Part shown: piece after piece, positions 26,693-39,777 of the stretch
Numbering within the stretch: position 1 is the stretch's first letter
Layout: every line of letters starts with the position of its first letter
From: Octopus sinensis
Taxonomy: Eukaryota
Assembly: GCF_006345805.1 (NCBI RefSeq)
Contig: NC_043014.1
Coordinates: 49,600,001 to 49,664,000, forward strand
DNA: 64,000 nucleotides
Direction: 5' to 3'
Position numbers and translations under genes: made by a program
Notes under the pieces: model-generated
Database searches by the model: none
Seen by the model: the letters and a program-made list of their open reading frames with translations, nothing else
Told to the model about the DNA's origin: nothing

Positions 26693-26739
26693 TTGTCTTG
26701 GAACTTCGCAGTTTTATTTGAAAGCCACCGATACAAAAT

Positions 26740-26916
26740 GTATGTGTATATATGTATATATATACAAAGCGAAAAGATCCTATATATACACATGTATATA
26801 TATATATATATATATACACACATGTATATATATACAAAGCGAAAAGATCCTATATATATATACACATGTATATATATATATATATACAAAGCGAAAAGAT
26901 CTTATATATACACATG

Positions 26917-26975
<59 letters not shown>

Positions 26976-27099
26976 ATATGTAATATATATATATATATAC
27001 ACATGTATGTATATATATATACACACATATATATATATACAAAGCGAAAAGATCCTATATATACACATGTATATATATATACACACACATATATGTATA

Positions 27100-27137
<38 letters not shown>

Positions 27138-27265
27138 AAGCGAAAAGATCCTATATATATGTATATATATATATATATATACATATATGTATATATATAT
27201 ATATATACACAAAGCGAAAAGATCCTATATATATATATATATATATACATACATACATATATATA
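26740..27265. repeat. Compound repeat: six caaagcgaaaagatc anchors separated by (TA)n spacers
   Basis: Anchors at ~26765, 26835, 26887, 27040, 27136, 27210. Confidence 0.9.
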
Positions 27266-27508
27266 TAGGTATTTCTATATGCCATATTATGTATGTAGAT
27301 GTACACATACACACATATATAGAGGCCATCTTATGCGCAGAGAAATGCACACATACAACAATATGTGTGTATGTGTACATTTTTTGTATTGGTTTCCCAA
27401 GATTCCTGATACGAAAACATTCTACATAGAATGATACACACACACACACTGACAAGGAAAAGCTAGAACGTGAGTTCGAGAAATTCCGGTTCTTGCTACG
27501 GTGCTACA

Positions 27509-27608
27509 NNNNNNNNNNNNNNNNNNNNNNNNNNNNNNNNNNNNNNNNNNNNNNNNNNNNNNNNNNNNNNNNNNNNNNNNNNNNNNNNNNNNNNNNNNNN
27601 NNNNNNNN
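27509..27608. other. Assembly gap (100 N)
   Basis: Run of N. Confidence 1.
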
Positions 27609-28356
27609 TATGTGGCATTGCCAAAAGCAAACTGATAGGTATGTTCATGTTCTGTAATCAGTAGAGGGGGGCCCTCTTGTGAGGTCTTACATGAGATTTA
27701 AGTTCAACCTCGGACAGACAGATTTTAGCAGAAAATGAGCAAGTTGAATGTACACACAGTCACATACACATACATATCTGTACACATACACACACCACAC
27801 ACACACACGTACACACACACACACACATGCATACACACACACATGCGCACACACACACACCACACACACCACACACACACATATGTCTCTTATATGTATG
27901 TGTGTCTATATATCATCATAATCATCATTTAACATCCATTTCCCATACTTTCATGGGTCGGATGGTTTCACAAGAACTGGAACACCCTGTATATAAATAC
28001 AAATAGCAAACAGACCAGAAAAAAAACCTTAAAACCTAGTTATGGTAACAGCCTAACTCAAGCCTAACAGAATACCCAGTTCGGTTTTCTTACTGGAAAT
28101 CTAATACCATCAAAACCCGCTCAATACCAGTCCATCCGATAGTGTGTGACCAACCGATTTAGTTACAAACATTTTTTTGTGGACCTTAAAGCACAACACA
28201 AATTAACTTTCTATGCAAAAAATGTTGTGACCTGAATCTGATACATCTGTTTACACTATTACTTCCACGCCTGACTGAACACAAAACAATCGCAAAAATT
28301 TGCACATCAAACACACACACACACATTTATATACAACGGGTTTCCTCACAGTTTCT

Positions 28357-29030
28357 TATTTCTTTATTGCCCACAAGGAGCTGAACACAGAGGGGACAAA
28401 CAAGGACAGACAAAGGGATTAAGTCGATTACATCAACCCTAGTGGGTAACTGGTCTTTAATTTATCGACCCCGAAAGGATCAAAGGCAAAGTTGACCTCA
28501 GCGGAATTTAAAAGGTGGCGAGCTAGCAGAAGCGTTAGCACGCCGGGTGAAATGCTTAGCAGTATTTCATCTGCCGCTATGTTCTGTGTTCGAATTCCGC
28601 CGAGATTGACTTAGCCTTTCATCCTTTCGGGGTCGATTAAAATAAGTACCTGTTACGCACAGGGGTCGATATAATCGACTTAATCCATTTGTCTGTCCTT
28701 GTTTGTCCCCCTCTGTGGGTAGTAAAGAAATAAGAATCGTTAGCACGCTGGGCGAAATACTTAGCAGTATTTCGTCTGCCGTTACATTCTGAGTTCAAAT
28801 TCTGCCGAGGTCGACTTTACCTTTCATCCTTTCGGGGTTGATTAAATAAGTACCAGTTACGCACTGGGGTCGATATAATCGACTTAATCCATTTGTCTGT
28901 CCTTGTTTGTCCTCTGTGTTTAGCCCCTTGTGGATAGTAAAGAAATATGGAATTTAAACTCAGAACGTAATGACAGAGGAAATACCGCTAAGCATTTCGT
29001 CTGGTGTGCTAACGTTTATGCCAGCTTGCT
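28357..29030. mobile_element. Family B SINE (minus) interrupted by a tandem pair of family B SINEs (plus)
   Basis: TSD ggaatttaaa at 28503-28512 and 28949-28958. Confidence 0.8.
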
Positions 29031-29864
29031 GTCCACCAAATCTACTCACACCATGAGTGAGATTGAACTTGAAACCATGTGGTTGCAAAACAAGCTTCTT
29101 AACCACACAGCCATAATAAATTTAACAAAGATTAGGAGATTATGTAATAGGGGTTCCTAGAAGACCAGGTAAAGCAGTTATTGTAATATCTTTATGAAAA
29201 TCATCATCATCATCATCGTCATCACCATCATCGTCATCACCAACGTTCATCTTCAAACATCGGTTTTCCATGGTGGCATGGGTTGGACAATTTGACAGGA
29301 ACTGGCAAATCAGAAGACTGCACCTGAATCTAGTGTCTGCCTTGGCATGGTTTCTATGGCTGGATGCCCTTCCTAATGCCAACCACTTTATAGAGTGTAC
29401 TGGGTGCTTTTTATGTGACACCTACACAAGTGCTTTTCACCTGACACTTTGAACTTCGACCCTCACAACGACAATGACTAGTGACCGAGATTGTGCTGTG
29501 CTTGAGAGGACCTGTCAACCATAAAATCATATTGATTTTACCTTTTTAAAAAGTTCAAATTAGAGCCATGACAGAGTCTGAATGTGGCCAGTCCAAACAT
29601 AAAACGGAAAATATTTGTCACTTCCAACAAAGATATCTATGTTTGGGTAAATGCATGTGTGTATGTGTGTGAGAGAGAGAGAGAGAAAGAGAGAGAGAGA
29701 TTGTGTGTGTGTGTGTGTTTGGGTAAATACATGTGTGTGTGTGTGAGAGAGACAGAGAGAGAGATAGAGAGATAGATTGTGTGTGTGTGTGTGTTTGGGT
29801 AAATGCATGTGTGTGTGTGTGAGACAGAGAGAGAAATTGTGTATGTATGAGAGATAGAGAGATA

Positions 29865-29903
<39 letters not shown>

Positions 29904-30459
29904 GATGCATGGCTTAGTGGTTAGGGTGTTCAGTTCAATGATAAGGCCATGAACTTGTTTCCCAGCAGCACATTGTATCCTGCAGCAAAACGTGTTATTC
30001 TACATGACTTCCGTCAACTCATCTGGCCGAAATGCTTTCAAAAGAGCCAGCCTGGTCACATTTTGTGTTGTGCTGAATCTCCCTGAGAACTATGTCAAGG
30101 GCATGTGAACCTCTGTGGGGAGCTCTGTCACTTGTGCATAAATTCCGTGAGCAGGTCGTTGCATTGATCAGATCAAGTGGAATCCTGGTCAACCAATGGA
30201 ATACCAGTTCATCATCATCATCATCATAACTCTCTTTACTCTTTTACTTGCTTCAGTCATTTGATTTTGGCCACGCTGGAGCACCGCCTTTTAGTCGAGT
30301 AAATCGACCCCAGGACTTATTCTTTGTAAGCCTAGTACTTATTCTGTCAGTGTTTTTTGCCGAACCGCTAAGTTACAGGGACGTAAACACATCAGCATCG
30401 TTTGTCATGCAATGTTGGGGGGACAAACACAAACACACACACATATATATATATGCATA

Positions 30460-31090
30460 TTGCTGAAGCAATATCCAATGCCCATCATAGCCAAAAATCA
30501 CATGGATTCAAATCTGGTGAGATAGAGGGCCAGATATTATTAGGGACAAAGATGGGCAATACCTTCTTCAAAAATTCTTGCACTCTTTTCAAAGAATGGG
30601 TGGGTGCAGAGTTCTGTACGAGCATGACTTGACTTGCATAATAATGGATCCTAATCTGAGGTAACAAAACTTCTAAGATTTTGAGATGCTCTGCTGTATT
30701 GATTTTAAGAACTGCTTCAATAAAATGCGGAAGCATCAATTTCCCATCACTTGCAACAACTCCAAAGACCTTAATGGAAGCTAGATTCTTGCTATGCATA
30801 GCTAAAGGAATGTAGGAAGATGTGTATGCTTTCACGATGTGAGTTTTGACGGTTTGCCACGTCGTCTATAATGAACTTCTTTTCATCCATGAAGCTGTGG
30901 ACGTCTCTGTCACAATGTTTCACTTGATTAAGAAATTTGTGAATGGATTGAACTGGTAAAGAAAGCAAATGGTGGTCACATTGAACACTCCACAATAAAT
31001 TGGCATAAACATAAAATTTGCTGTGTTTGACTTTTCTGTGTTATACCAGTTATGAGAAAAATATTTAAATGGTCCCAATTTTCCTGTTTC
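30460..31090 (-). pseudogene. Tc1/mariner (DD37D/maT-like) transposase remnant
   Basis: FMDEKKF, VFGVVASDG, QNSAPTH, WPSISPDLNPCDFWL motifs; stops and frameshifts. Confidence 0.8.
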
Positions 31091-31283
31091 ACTCTCTGGC
31101 ATCCGAGCTAGTGGAATGTTAAGAGCACCATCCAAGCGTGGCCATTGCCAGGGCCACTGACTGGCTCCTGTGCTGGTGGCACATAAAAAGCACCATTCGA
31201 GCGTGATCGTTACCAGCATCACCTTACTGGCACTTATGCCGGTGGCACGTGAAAAACAACATTCGAGCGAGGTTGTTGCCAGT

Positions 31284-32780
31284 ACTTCTTAATAGTAGAA
31301 GGTTGGACTGCCTCTGCTGCAGCTTTGATGGTCGTCCATAAGACATCTTTTGACATGAATTGGCATCCATCAACATAAACATCTTGTTTAATGATGGACA
31401 AAAGATTTTTTGATACAGGCAGCCACACCATCAACCTTTCATCTTGTATGCCGTAAGACCCAAGTAATGTTTGGGTGGTCCTAGCAGAGTGGGAGGGAGC
31501 GTTGTCATGCATGAATGCGAGATTCCTTAGAAGTGACAGCGGTATGTCATCTAGCCAGGGATCCAAGACCTCCTTCAGGAGATTGTAGTAGGCGGCTGTG
31601 GTCACTTTAACTCTGACTGGGCCAACAAGTCTGTCCCCAGTGATACCAGCCCACAACATGACTCCCCCACCCTGTTGATGATGATGTAAATGTTGGTGAC
31701 ATTCATCTCCAAAACAGACCCAAACATGAGGTCCATCAAGGGTCGCCCTGGTTTCATCAAGGGTCACCCTGGTTTCGTCAAGGGTCGCCCTGGTTTCATC
31801 AAAGGCCACCCTGGTTTTGTTAAGGGTCGCCCTAGTTTCATTAAGGGTCGCCCTGGTTTTGTTAAGGTCGCCCTAGTTTCATTAAGGGTCGCCCTGGTTT
31901 TGTTAAGGTTGCCCTGGTTTCATCAAGGGTCGCCCTGGTTTCATCAAGGGTCGCCCTTGTTTCGTCAAGGGTCGCCCTGGTTTCATCAAGGGTCACCCTG
32001 CTTTCATTAAGGGTTGCCCTGGTTTCATCAAGGGTCGCCCTGGTTTCGTTAAGGGTCGCCCTGGTTTCATCATGGGTCACCCTGGTTTCGTTAAGGGTTG
32101 CCCTGGTTTCATCAAGGGTCGCCCTGGTTTCGTCAGTGAACAGAACACAACTCATGTCTACTGTCATGTACTTTTGGGCCCATTGAAGCCTCAAACCTCT
32201 GTGATGAGGCATTAAAGGAGGCAGTTTCAGGGCTTCTCACATGGAAGCCATGGTCTCAAGGATGTGATTTCTGGTGGGTTTTGGTACACGAGGAAGTCTA
32301 GAGGCAGTGAAAAGGGATTTGCTTTTTCGTCCAGGTTTCCCACGTAACTTGCAGCCAATATTCCTTAAATCCCTAGCTGTCACAGTCTCAGAGGTCCCAC
32401 AATCGGATCATTTCTTGCTTGGCGAAGGGACCTTCAAGAATTGTCTAACCATATCCACATGACGACCTAACTTCTCCTCAATGACATGAAGAGAGGTGCC
32501 TTTAACACTCTCCATCGTGATGACAGACACTTCTTCATCGTTAAGGCCTTTTCCACGTCCCACTGTTCTCAGAGAGGAGAGACGAAGTTAGCGTGGTTTA
32601 CCCAAAAACTGAAGAATCTGAAATAAAAAGAGAAAGAACGTTACACAGGATAATGAAAACATAACAATGGTGTTACCATGGAGTGCAAACCAGCTGGGAA
32701 AAGTTTTATCAAAATCGATTCACAGAAAACCGAGAAATTCTAAGTTTCACTCTTAAGCTATTAATATGGTTTTGGGTGTG
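31284..32780 (-). mobile_element. Tc1-like transposon, degenerate transposase with internal 21-bp tandem expansion
   Basis: LQWAQKYM, VLFTDETRATLDGP, QGGGVMLWAGI, FMHDNAPSHSA motifs; putative left end near 32750-32780. Confidence 0.85.
31734..32135. repeat. 21-bp minisatellite (ctggtttcatcaagggtcgcc) x ~19 encoding (DETRATL)n on the minus strand
   Basis: Seen directly. Confidence 0.95.
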
Positions 32781-33016
32781 AGTGCAAAACAAGGTTACAA
32801 AAATAGTACCTGAATACCAAAGGTACAGCATGGCCAAAGCCTACCAAAGTATCAAAGTTCGTCGGACAGTTTTGTTAAAAAAAAAAAACAGGAACGTGAA
32901 ACTCCGAGTAACAACTTTTGTTAAATTTCTGCTGCTTTTAAATAAAGCATATTACTCTACCTCTGGTATTTGAGTACTCTTTTTTCCACCTTGTTTCATA
33001 TTTATGTGTTTACTCT

Positions 33017-33018
<2 letters not shown>
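32779..33018. mobile_element. Deleted fold-back copy of the hammerhead-bearing element at 48438-48680
   Basis: 32890-33018 matches 48553-48680; 32779-32825 is the inverted copy of its end; gttcgtcggacagtttt is an inverted core remnant. Confidence 0.75.
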
Positions 33019-33064
<46 letters not shown>

Positions 33065-33222
33065 AACACACACACACACATACATACACACACATACATA
33101 CGTACATACATACGTACGTACACACATACATACATACATACATACATACATACATACATACATACATACATACAAACATACATGCATCCATGCATGCATA
33201 CATACATACATACATACATATA

Positions 33223-33627
33223 TGGAGTGGCTGTGTGGTAAGTAGCTTACTAACCAACCACATGGTTCCGGGTTCAGTCCCACTGCGTGGCATCTTGGGC
33301 AAGTGTCTTCTGCTATAGCCCCGGGCCGACCGATGCCTTGTGAGTGGATTTGGTAGACGGAAACTGAAAGAAGCCTGTCGTATATATGTATATATATATG
33401 TATGTATGTATGTGTGTGTTTGTGTGTCTGTGTTTGTCCTCTTAGCATTGCTTGACAACCGATGCTGGTGTGTTTACGTCCCCGTCACTTAGCGGTTCGG
33501 CAAAAGAGACCGATAGAGTAAGTACTGGGCTTACAAAAAATAAGTCCCGGGGTCGATTTGCTCGACTAAAGGCGGTGCTCCAGCATGGCCGCAGTCAAAT
33601 GACTGGAACAAGTAAAAGAGTAAAAGA
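33223..33627 (+). mobile_element. SINE family A, full length
   Basis: Similarity to other copies. Confidence 0.9.
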
Positions 33628-33640
33628 TATATATATATAT

Positions 33641-33948
33641 ACGTGGTTTAGTGGTTATGGGCATTCGGCTCATGATTGTAAGGTCGTGAGTTCAATTCCC
33701 AGCGGCGCGTTGTGTCCTTGAGCAAGACATTTTATTTCACGTTGTTCCAGTCCACTCAGCTGGCAAAAATGAGTTGTGCCTGTATTTCAAAGGGCCAGCC
33801 TTGTCACACGCTGAGTCTCCCCGGGAACTACGTTAAGGGTACGTGAGTCTGTGGATTGCTCAGCCACTTGCACGTTAATTTCACGAGCAAGCTGTTCTGT
33901 TGATCGTATCAGCTGGGCCCCTCGTCGTCGCAACCGACGGAGTGCTCC
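33641..33948 (+). mobile_element. SINE family D inserted in (TA)n
   Basis: Matches 15571-15898. Confidence 0.85.
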
Positions 33949-34877
33949 TATATATATATATATATATCTTTTATTTTCATTGTTAACATTTAGTAAAAGC
34001 AAGAGTGACACAAACAAGTCCGATAGTTTCGTGTGCTTTAGTACTAAAATTATTTTCTCTCTTTGCATCACTAAACACACACACACACACATATGCGGAG
34101 GGGTAGTATATATATGTATGTAGATATTTGTAATTCATATGCAAATACGAATACACATATATTCATTATATTTATCTATTCATATATGCTAATTTATACA
34201 TCTATAGAAAAACCAGTATGCATAAATATAATATATACATATATATATATATGCATACATATATATATATAAACTATGCGTGCTATATATATCCCAAACT
34301 GATGCTAAATTTAGCATTATGCATTGTGTGTGTAATGCCAGTGACTACTCATTTAATTTATCCAGAGTGCTTTATAGACACCCAAGGTAAAAATAGGTGG
34401 CCATACACACTCACATATGCACCTACGTACACATACGTACCTATGCATACACACACATAACATAACATACATTCACAGATGAATACGTTATGAAAAGTCA
34501 CGTTCTATCCATCCATCTATCTGTCTGTCTGTCTATCAGTCTTATACATACAGACATACATACATCATGTGTATACATACACACACACAAATTGAAAAAT
34601 TTTGGAATAGTGCGACAAGAGAATGGAAATATATTTGTGGATGTGAAGTGAAAGACAAGATAAATATTTGAGTGAAAGAATTAAGGTGGGGGTGGGGGGG
34701 AATATATAAATTAATTAAAAATAGAACAAAGTGAAAATAAAATAAAATAAAATAAAGCAGTCCCCCCCCACAAAACTGAAAGGAAGTGTGGCCATATGAA
34801 ATACGTTTAGTTCTTCTGACGAAGCTGAGTGAGTAAGCGACCTAGCTTTGTGTAATATTTAAATATGAGTGTAGTTA

Positions 34878-36432
34878 TGGCGGGAGAGAGAGAGAGAGAA
34901 AGAGAGAGATGGCACGAAACGGGGAGGGAGAGAAAGATGAGGTAGAGTGAGAGAGATGAAGAGAGGGAATAGAGATGGAGGGAAAAGATAGAGCAAAATA
35001 AAGAGGGAGATGGAGTAAGAGGAGAGAGAAAGACGAAAGGAATGAAATGAAGGAAGAGGAGGAGGAAGTGAGATGGAGTAAAAGAAGGAGGGAGAGAGAG
35101 AAAAGAGACGAAGGAAGAGGAGGGAGAGATGGCGCAAAAGAGTGGCGGAGGGGGATGGAAGAGAAAGATAGAGCAAATAAGGAGGGAGAAAGCAGGGAAG
35201 TGATAGAGAGATAGAGGGAGAGAGAGAAAGAGTTATTTAGATAAATACATAGATATAGATGGATAGAGATGAAAGGAGAGAGAGAGAGAGACAGGGGAAA
35301 GATGAAAAGATTGAGAAGGAAGAGCGATAGAAATAGAAAGCGAGAGAGAAAAAGAGTGGCAATGTGGATATGAGAAAGAGAGGAGGAAGGAGAGACAGAG
35401 AGAGGGTGGGAGAGAGAGAGAGATGGCTACTTAGAGACAGATATAGATAGTTGTGTGAGATGTGAGGAGAGATTAATGATATATATAGAGAGAGAGATAG
35501 AATGAGAGATAAATATAGAGGGGTGCAGAGAAAAAGAGAATGAAAGTGTTTGAATTGCGAGATAGAGGAGAAGGTGACAGAGAGGGTGTATAGTGAAGAG
35601 AAAGAGAGAGTGAGTACGAGAATGTGTGTGGTGGTGTGAGACAGAGAGAGAGACTGAGGGACGAGAGAAAGGTAGTGTGGGGAGAGAAGAGAAGATAGAC
35701 AAGGAAGTTAATAGATAGAGAGAAAGAGAGAGGGAGAGAATGTGATAAGGAGAGAGAAATAGTGAGACAGACGATAGAAAGAGAGTGAAAGTGATGTGAG
35801 GAAGAGGAAGAGAAAGTAAGGGAGGTAATAGAGTGAAAGTATACGACGAAGAGAGGGGGGAATAGGGAGAGGAGAAAGCATGAGAGAACATGGATTGATA
35901 AAGGAGTTAAGAGAGAGAGAGAGAGACTAAACAAACAAGGGGGTAAGGGAGTGAGAGAATGCAACACAGGAAGAGAGAGGGGTGGTAAGAGGAAACTGCG
36001 TGAGCAAGAGGAAAACATTGAGAGAAATAGATAGAGGGTGAGAGGGGAAAAAGAAAGAATAAGAGTAGCACAGTGGTGAGTAAGAGTCGAGAGTGCGGCG
36101 CGAGTGAGAGAGAGAGATTAATATGTGAAGACGGAGTTTCAGAGGCAACAGGGTATGAGCAAGAGGGAAAGAGGAAGTAGAGGGAGAGAGAATACTAGTA
36201 GTACAGAGAGGGGGAGAAAATAAGAGTGACTATTGTGTGAATAAGAGTGGGAGAGTGAGAGTGAGAAAGAGAGAGAGTAATAATGGATATAGGAAGTTTC
36301 AGAGGCAACAGGGTATGAGCAAGAGAGAAAGGGAGTAAGAGTAAGAGTAAGAGAAAAAAGGAAAGTGAAAGAAAGAACAAAAGAGATATAGAGATCGGCG
36401 GCGGGGTGAAAGAGAGAAATAGAGAGGGTAAA
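34878..36432. repeat. ~1.5-kb GA-rich polypurine low-complexity tract
   Basis: Seen directly; contains a 31-bp direct repeat at 36135 and 36295. Confidence 0.9.
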
Positions 36433-36626
36433 AGCTGTAGTGTACAACTAAATATAGGGAATCTTCTCTATATATAGATACAGAATGCGACTGGAAACCC
36501 TATTTTTAGGTGTTTTTCTTTTCCCAGGTGCTCTGATGGTCGAGCAACGAATTATGTCGGTAATTAAGACATGGAAAGAGGCAAACGGCTGCCAAACCAG
36601 CTGACGAGCATTCTCTGTTTTTAATT

Positions 36627-36997
36627 ACTCTTTTACTCTTTTACTCTTTTACTTGTTTCAGTCATTTGACTGCGGCCATGCTGGAGCACCGCCTTTTTTT
36701 GTACTTATTCTATCGGTCTCTTTTTGCCGAACCGCTAAGTGACGGGGACGTAAACACACCAGCATCGGTTGTCAAGCAATGCTAGGGGGACAAACACAGA
36801 CACACACACATATACATATATATACATATATACGACAGGCTTCTTTCAGTTTCCGTCTACCAAATCCACTCACAAGGCATTGGTCGGCCCGGGGCTATAG
36901 CAGAAGACACTTACCCAAGATGCCACGCAGTGGGACTGAACCCGCAACCGTGTGGTTGGTTAGCAAGCTACTTACCACACAGCCACTCCTGCGCCTA
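36627..36997 (-). mobile_element. SINE family A
   Basis: Similarity to other copies. Confidence 0.85.
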
Positions 36998-37252
36998 TTT
37001 TAATTTTGATTCTTTTACGATTTGCACCTCTCTGGTTTGCAGAGTCGTTTGGCTGCGGCCATGCTGGGGTTTTAGTTGATTGTATGTTGAACTTAGTTAG
37101 TATGTACCTGTTTCAGTAAGGTACTTGTATTTTTTTTTGGGGGGGGGGGTTATCGATCTCGATTAGTTTTTATTTGTTTGTTTGTTAGTTTGTTTGTTTT
37201 TGCGCGGAAAAGCATTAAAAAAAATAGGAAATGAAGGATAGCTAGGTTTGTT

Positions 37253-37259
37253 GATAGAT

Positions 37260-37302
<43 letters not shown>

Positions 37303-37427
37303 TAGATGGATGGATGGATGGATGATAGATAGACAGACAGATAGATAGATGGATGGATGGATGGATAGATAGATAGATAGAAAGAAGGATGGATAGATAG
37401 ATAGACAGACAGATAGATAGATGGATG

Positions 37428-37461
<34 letters not shown>

Positions 37462-37944
37462 CAGACAGATAGATAGATGGATGGATGGGTGGATGGATAG
37501 ATAGATAGATAGAAAGAAGGATGGATAGATAGATAGACAGACAGATAGATAGATGGATATAGATAGATAGATAGATAGATAGACAGACAGATAGATAGAT
37601 GGATGGATGGGTGGATGGATAGATAGATAGATAGAAAGAAGGATGGATAGATAGATAGACAGATAGATAGCTAGGTAGATAGATAGATAAATAGAAAGAA
37701 AAGGGGTGAGTTGACAGATATAAATATATAGACAGGTAGACAACTATGCACATTGACAGACAGATAAGTAGATACACACTTGCATGCATGCACAGACAGA
37801 TTGAAAGAGAGATAGACGTATAAATACATAGGTTGACAGCTACGCAGGTAGATAGATAGATAGATGCATAGATTGGAAGATAGAAAGAGAAGGGGTGAGT
37901 TGACAGACAAATATATAGATAGGTAAACAGCTATGCACATTGAC

Positions 37945-37981
<37 letters not shown>

Positions 37982-38110
37982 CATACTTACATACATACAT
38001 GCATGCATGAACAGACAGCTTTTTGGATTGAAAGAGAGAGAGAGAGAGAGAAAGAGAAGCGTGAGGTAGATAGACGTATGAGTATATAGATAGGTTGACA
38101 GCTAAGCACG

Positions 38111-38162
<52 letters not shown>

Positions 38163-38275
38163 GATTGGTAGGTAGATAGATATATACATGCATGCACAGA
38201 CAGGTGAATAAATTGATAGAGAGAAGAGCTAGTAGATAGATGTAGAAATATATAGATACATAGCTGGTAGGTAGG

Positions 38276-38308
<33 letters not shown>

Positions 38309-38324
38309 TGATAGATATGTAGAT

Positions 38325-38363
<39 letters not shown>

Positions 38364-38364
38364 C
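37253..38364. repeat. (GATA)n/(GATG)n/(GACA)n compound array with higher-order duplications
   Basis: Seen directly. Confidence 0.9.
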
Positions 38365-39777
38365 GGTTTAAACAAAGCTAAGCTTGTATTTCAAATAAGC
38401 TAGCTTATATTTCATAGCTGTTGCTGTTATTTAGCCCTTGGTCAAACCTGATCCAGTAGACCTTATAATCAAAGGCGTTCTCACCGTAACTTTCCCCCCC
38501 TTTTTTTTAAATTCCAATTAAAGATAAATAAATTTTAATATTTACGACTACATTATCTAATGTATCGTGTGATCTGAGGGAGATCTGGCTACCATTTTTT
38601 TAATTTTTGTGAGACAAGTATCCATCCACTTGAAGATATCATATTGAATGGAATTTCTTTCGTTGAACCCCGGGTTAGCCGAGATCCAAGAGATCTATCG
38701 ATGATTTAAGGACGTTCTTGTTGAGACTACCGCATCTTTATAGTTTTATCAAGCATATTCTTATCATTGATGTCATTATCCAATGTGTCCTTCCCTTTGC
38801 ATAAAGAAAAAAAAACGGGATATTTCGCTGCTATTTTTAATTCAATTCGTGTAGATTCAAAAACATGTGACGAACCTGTAGTTACATGTGCAGGAGGTGG
38901 GATGGGGTGAGGATTCTTTGTTTCTCTCTCTCTCTCTTTCTGCTTTACCTTCTTTTTCACCTTTACTTCCCCACTCTTTCTCTCCTTTTCTCCTGTCTCC
39001 GTGATTCTCTCCCTCTCTCTCTATCTCTATCTCCTTCAATACCCGTACCCTTTCTCTCTCTCTCTCTCTCTCTCTTCATTTCTCTCTATCTACACCCACC
39101 TCTGTTCACCTTCTCTCTTATTCTTTCTTTCTATTACTATCTCTCTCTCTCTCACTTCTCTATGTCTTCCTCCCTCACTTGTTCTCTCACTCTATCTGCG
39201 CCTGCCTTTCTGCCTGTCTTCCTACCTGTCTGCCTGCCTGTCACTCTGCCCGTCTGTCTGTCAATCTGTCTATCTCTATATCTGTCTGCCTGCCAACCTG
39301 TCTGTCTGTCTGCTTATCTGTCTGAGTCTGTCTGTCTGTACCTATCTTCCTCTCTGTCTGTCTGTCTGTCTGTCTGCCTCTCTCTGCTTGCTCATGTCTG
39401 TCGGTCTGTCTGTCTGTCTGCCTCTCCGTCTGTCTGTCTGTCTGCCTGTCCGTCTGTGTATGTTTGTTTTTACCCAGATCAATTTCACTCGGTTTCTTAT
39501 TTAAATGTTTTACCAACATCCATAAAAATATTAACGCACAGACGGGCTAACGACTTGCTAGAAATAGCAGCTAGATCTCTTTCATAACACACCTTACTTT
39601 CTAAAATAAGAAAACTATGCATTAGATGACATGCTATAGATTCACCTTAAGAGACAGAGTGGTCACGGTTGGAAATGTCTTTGACCATAAATCGGATTGG
39701 TCAGCTCAGGCCAAGCTAACTTGGGTTTAAGCAACAAAAGCAACAATAACACCATGTTAACAGATTTTGCAATTGTT

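Noticed and set aside
26740-27265. Constant anchors with variable spacers, superficially CRISPR-like
   Set aside because: Spacers are (TA)n microsatellite, context is eukaryotic and there are no cas genes
34815-34845. CTGACGA motif as a possible hammerhead (also ctgaaga at ~12294 and ~47360)
   Set aside because: No correctly placed GAAA, stem I or stem III
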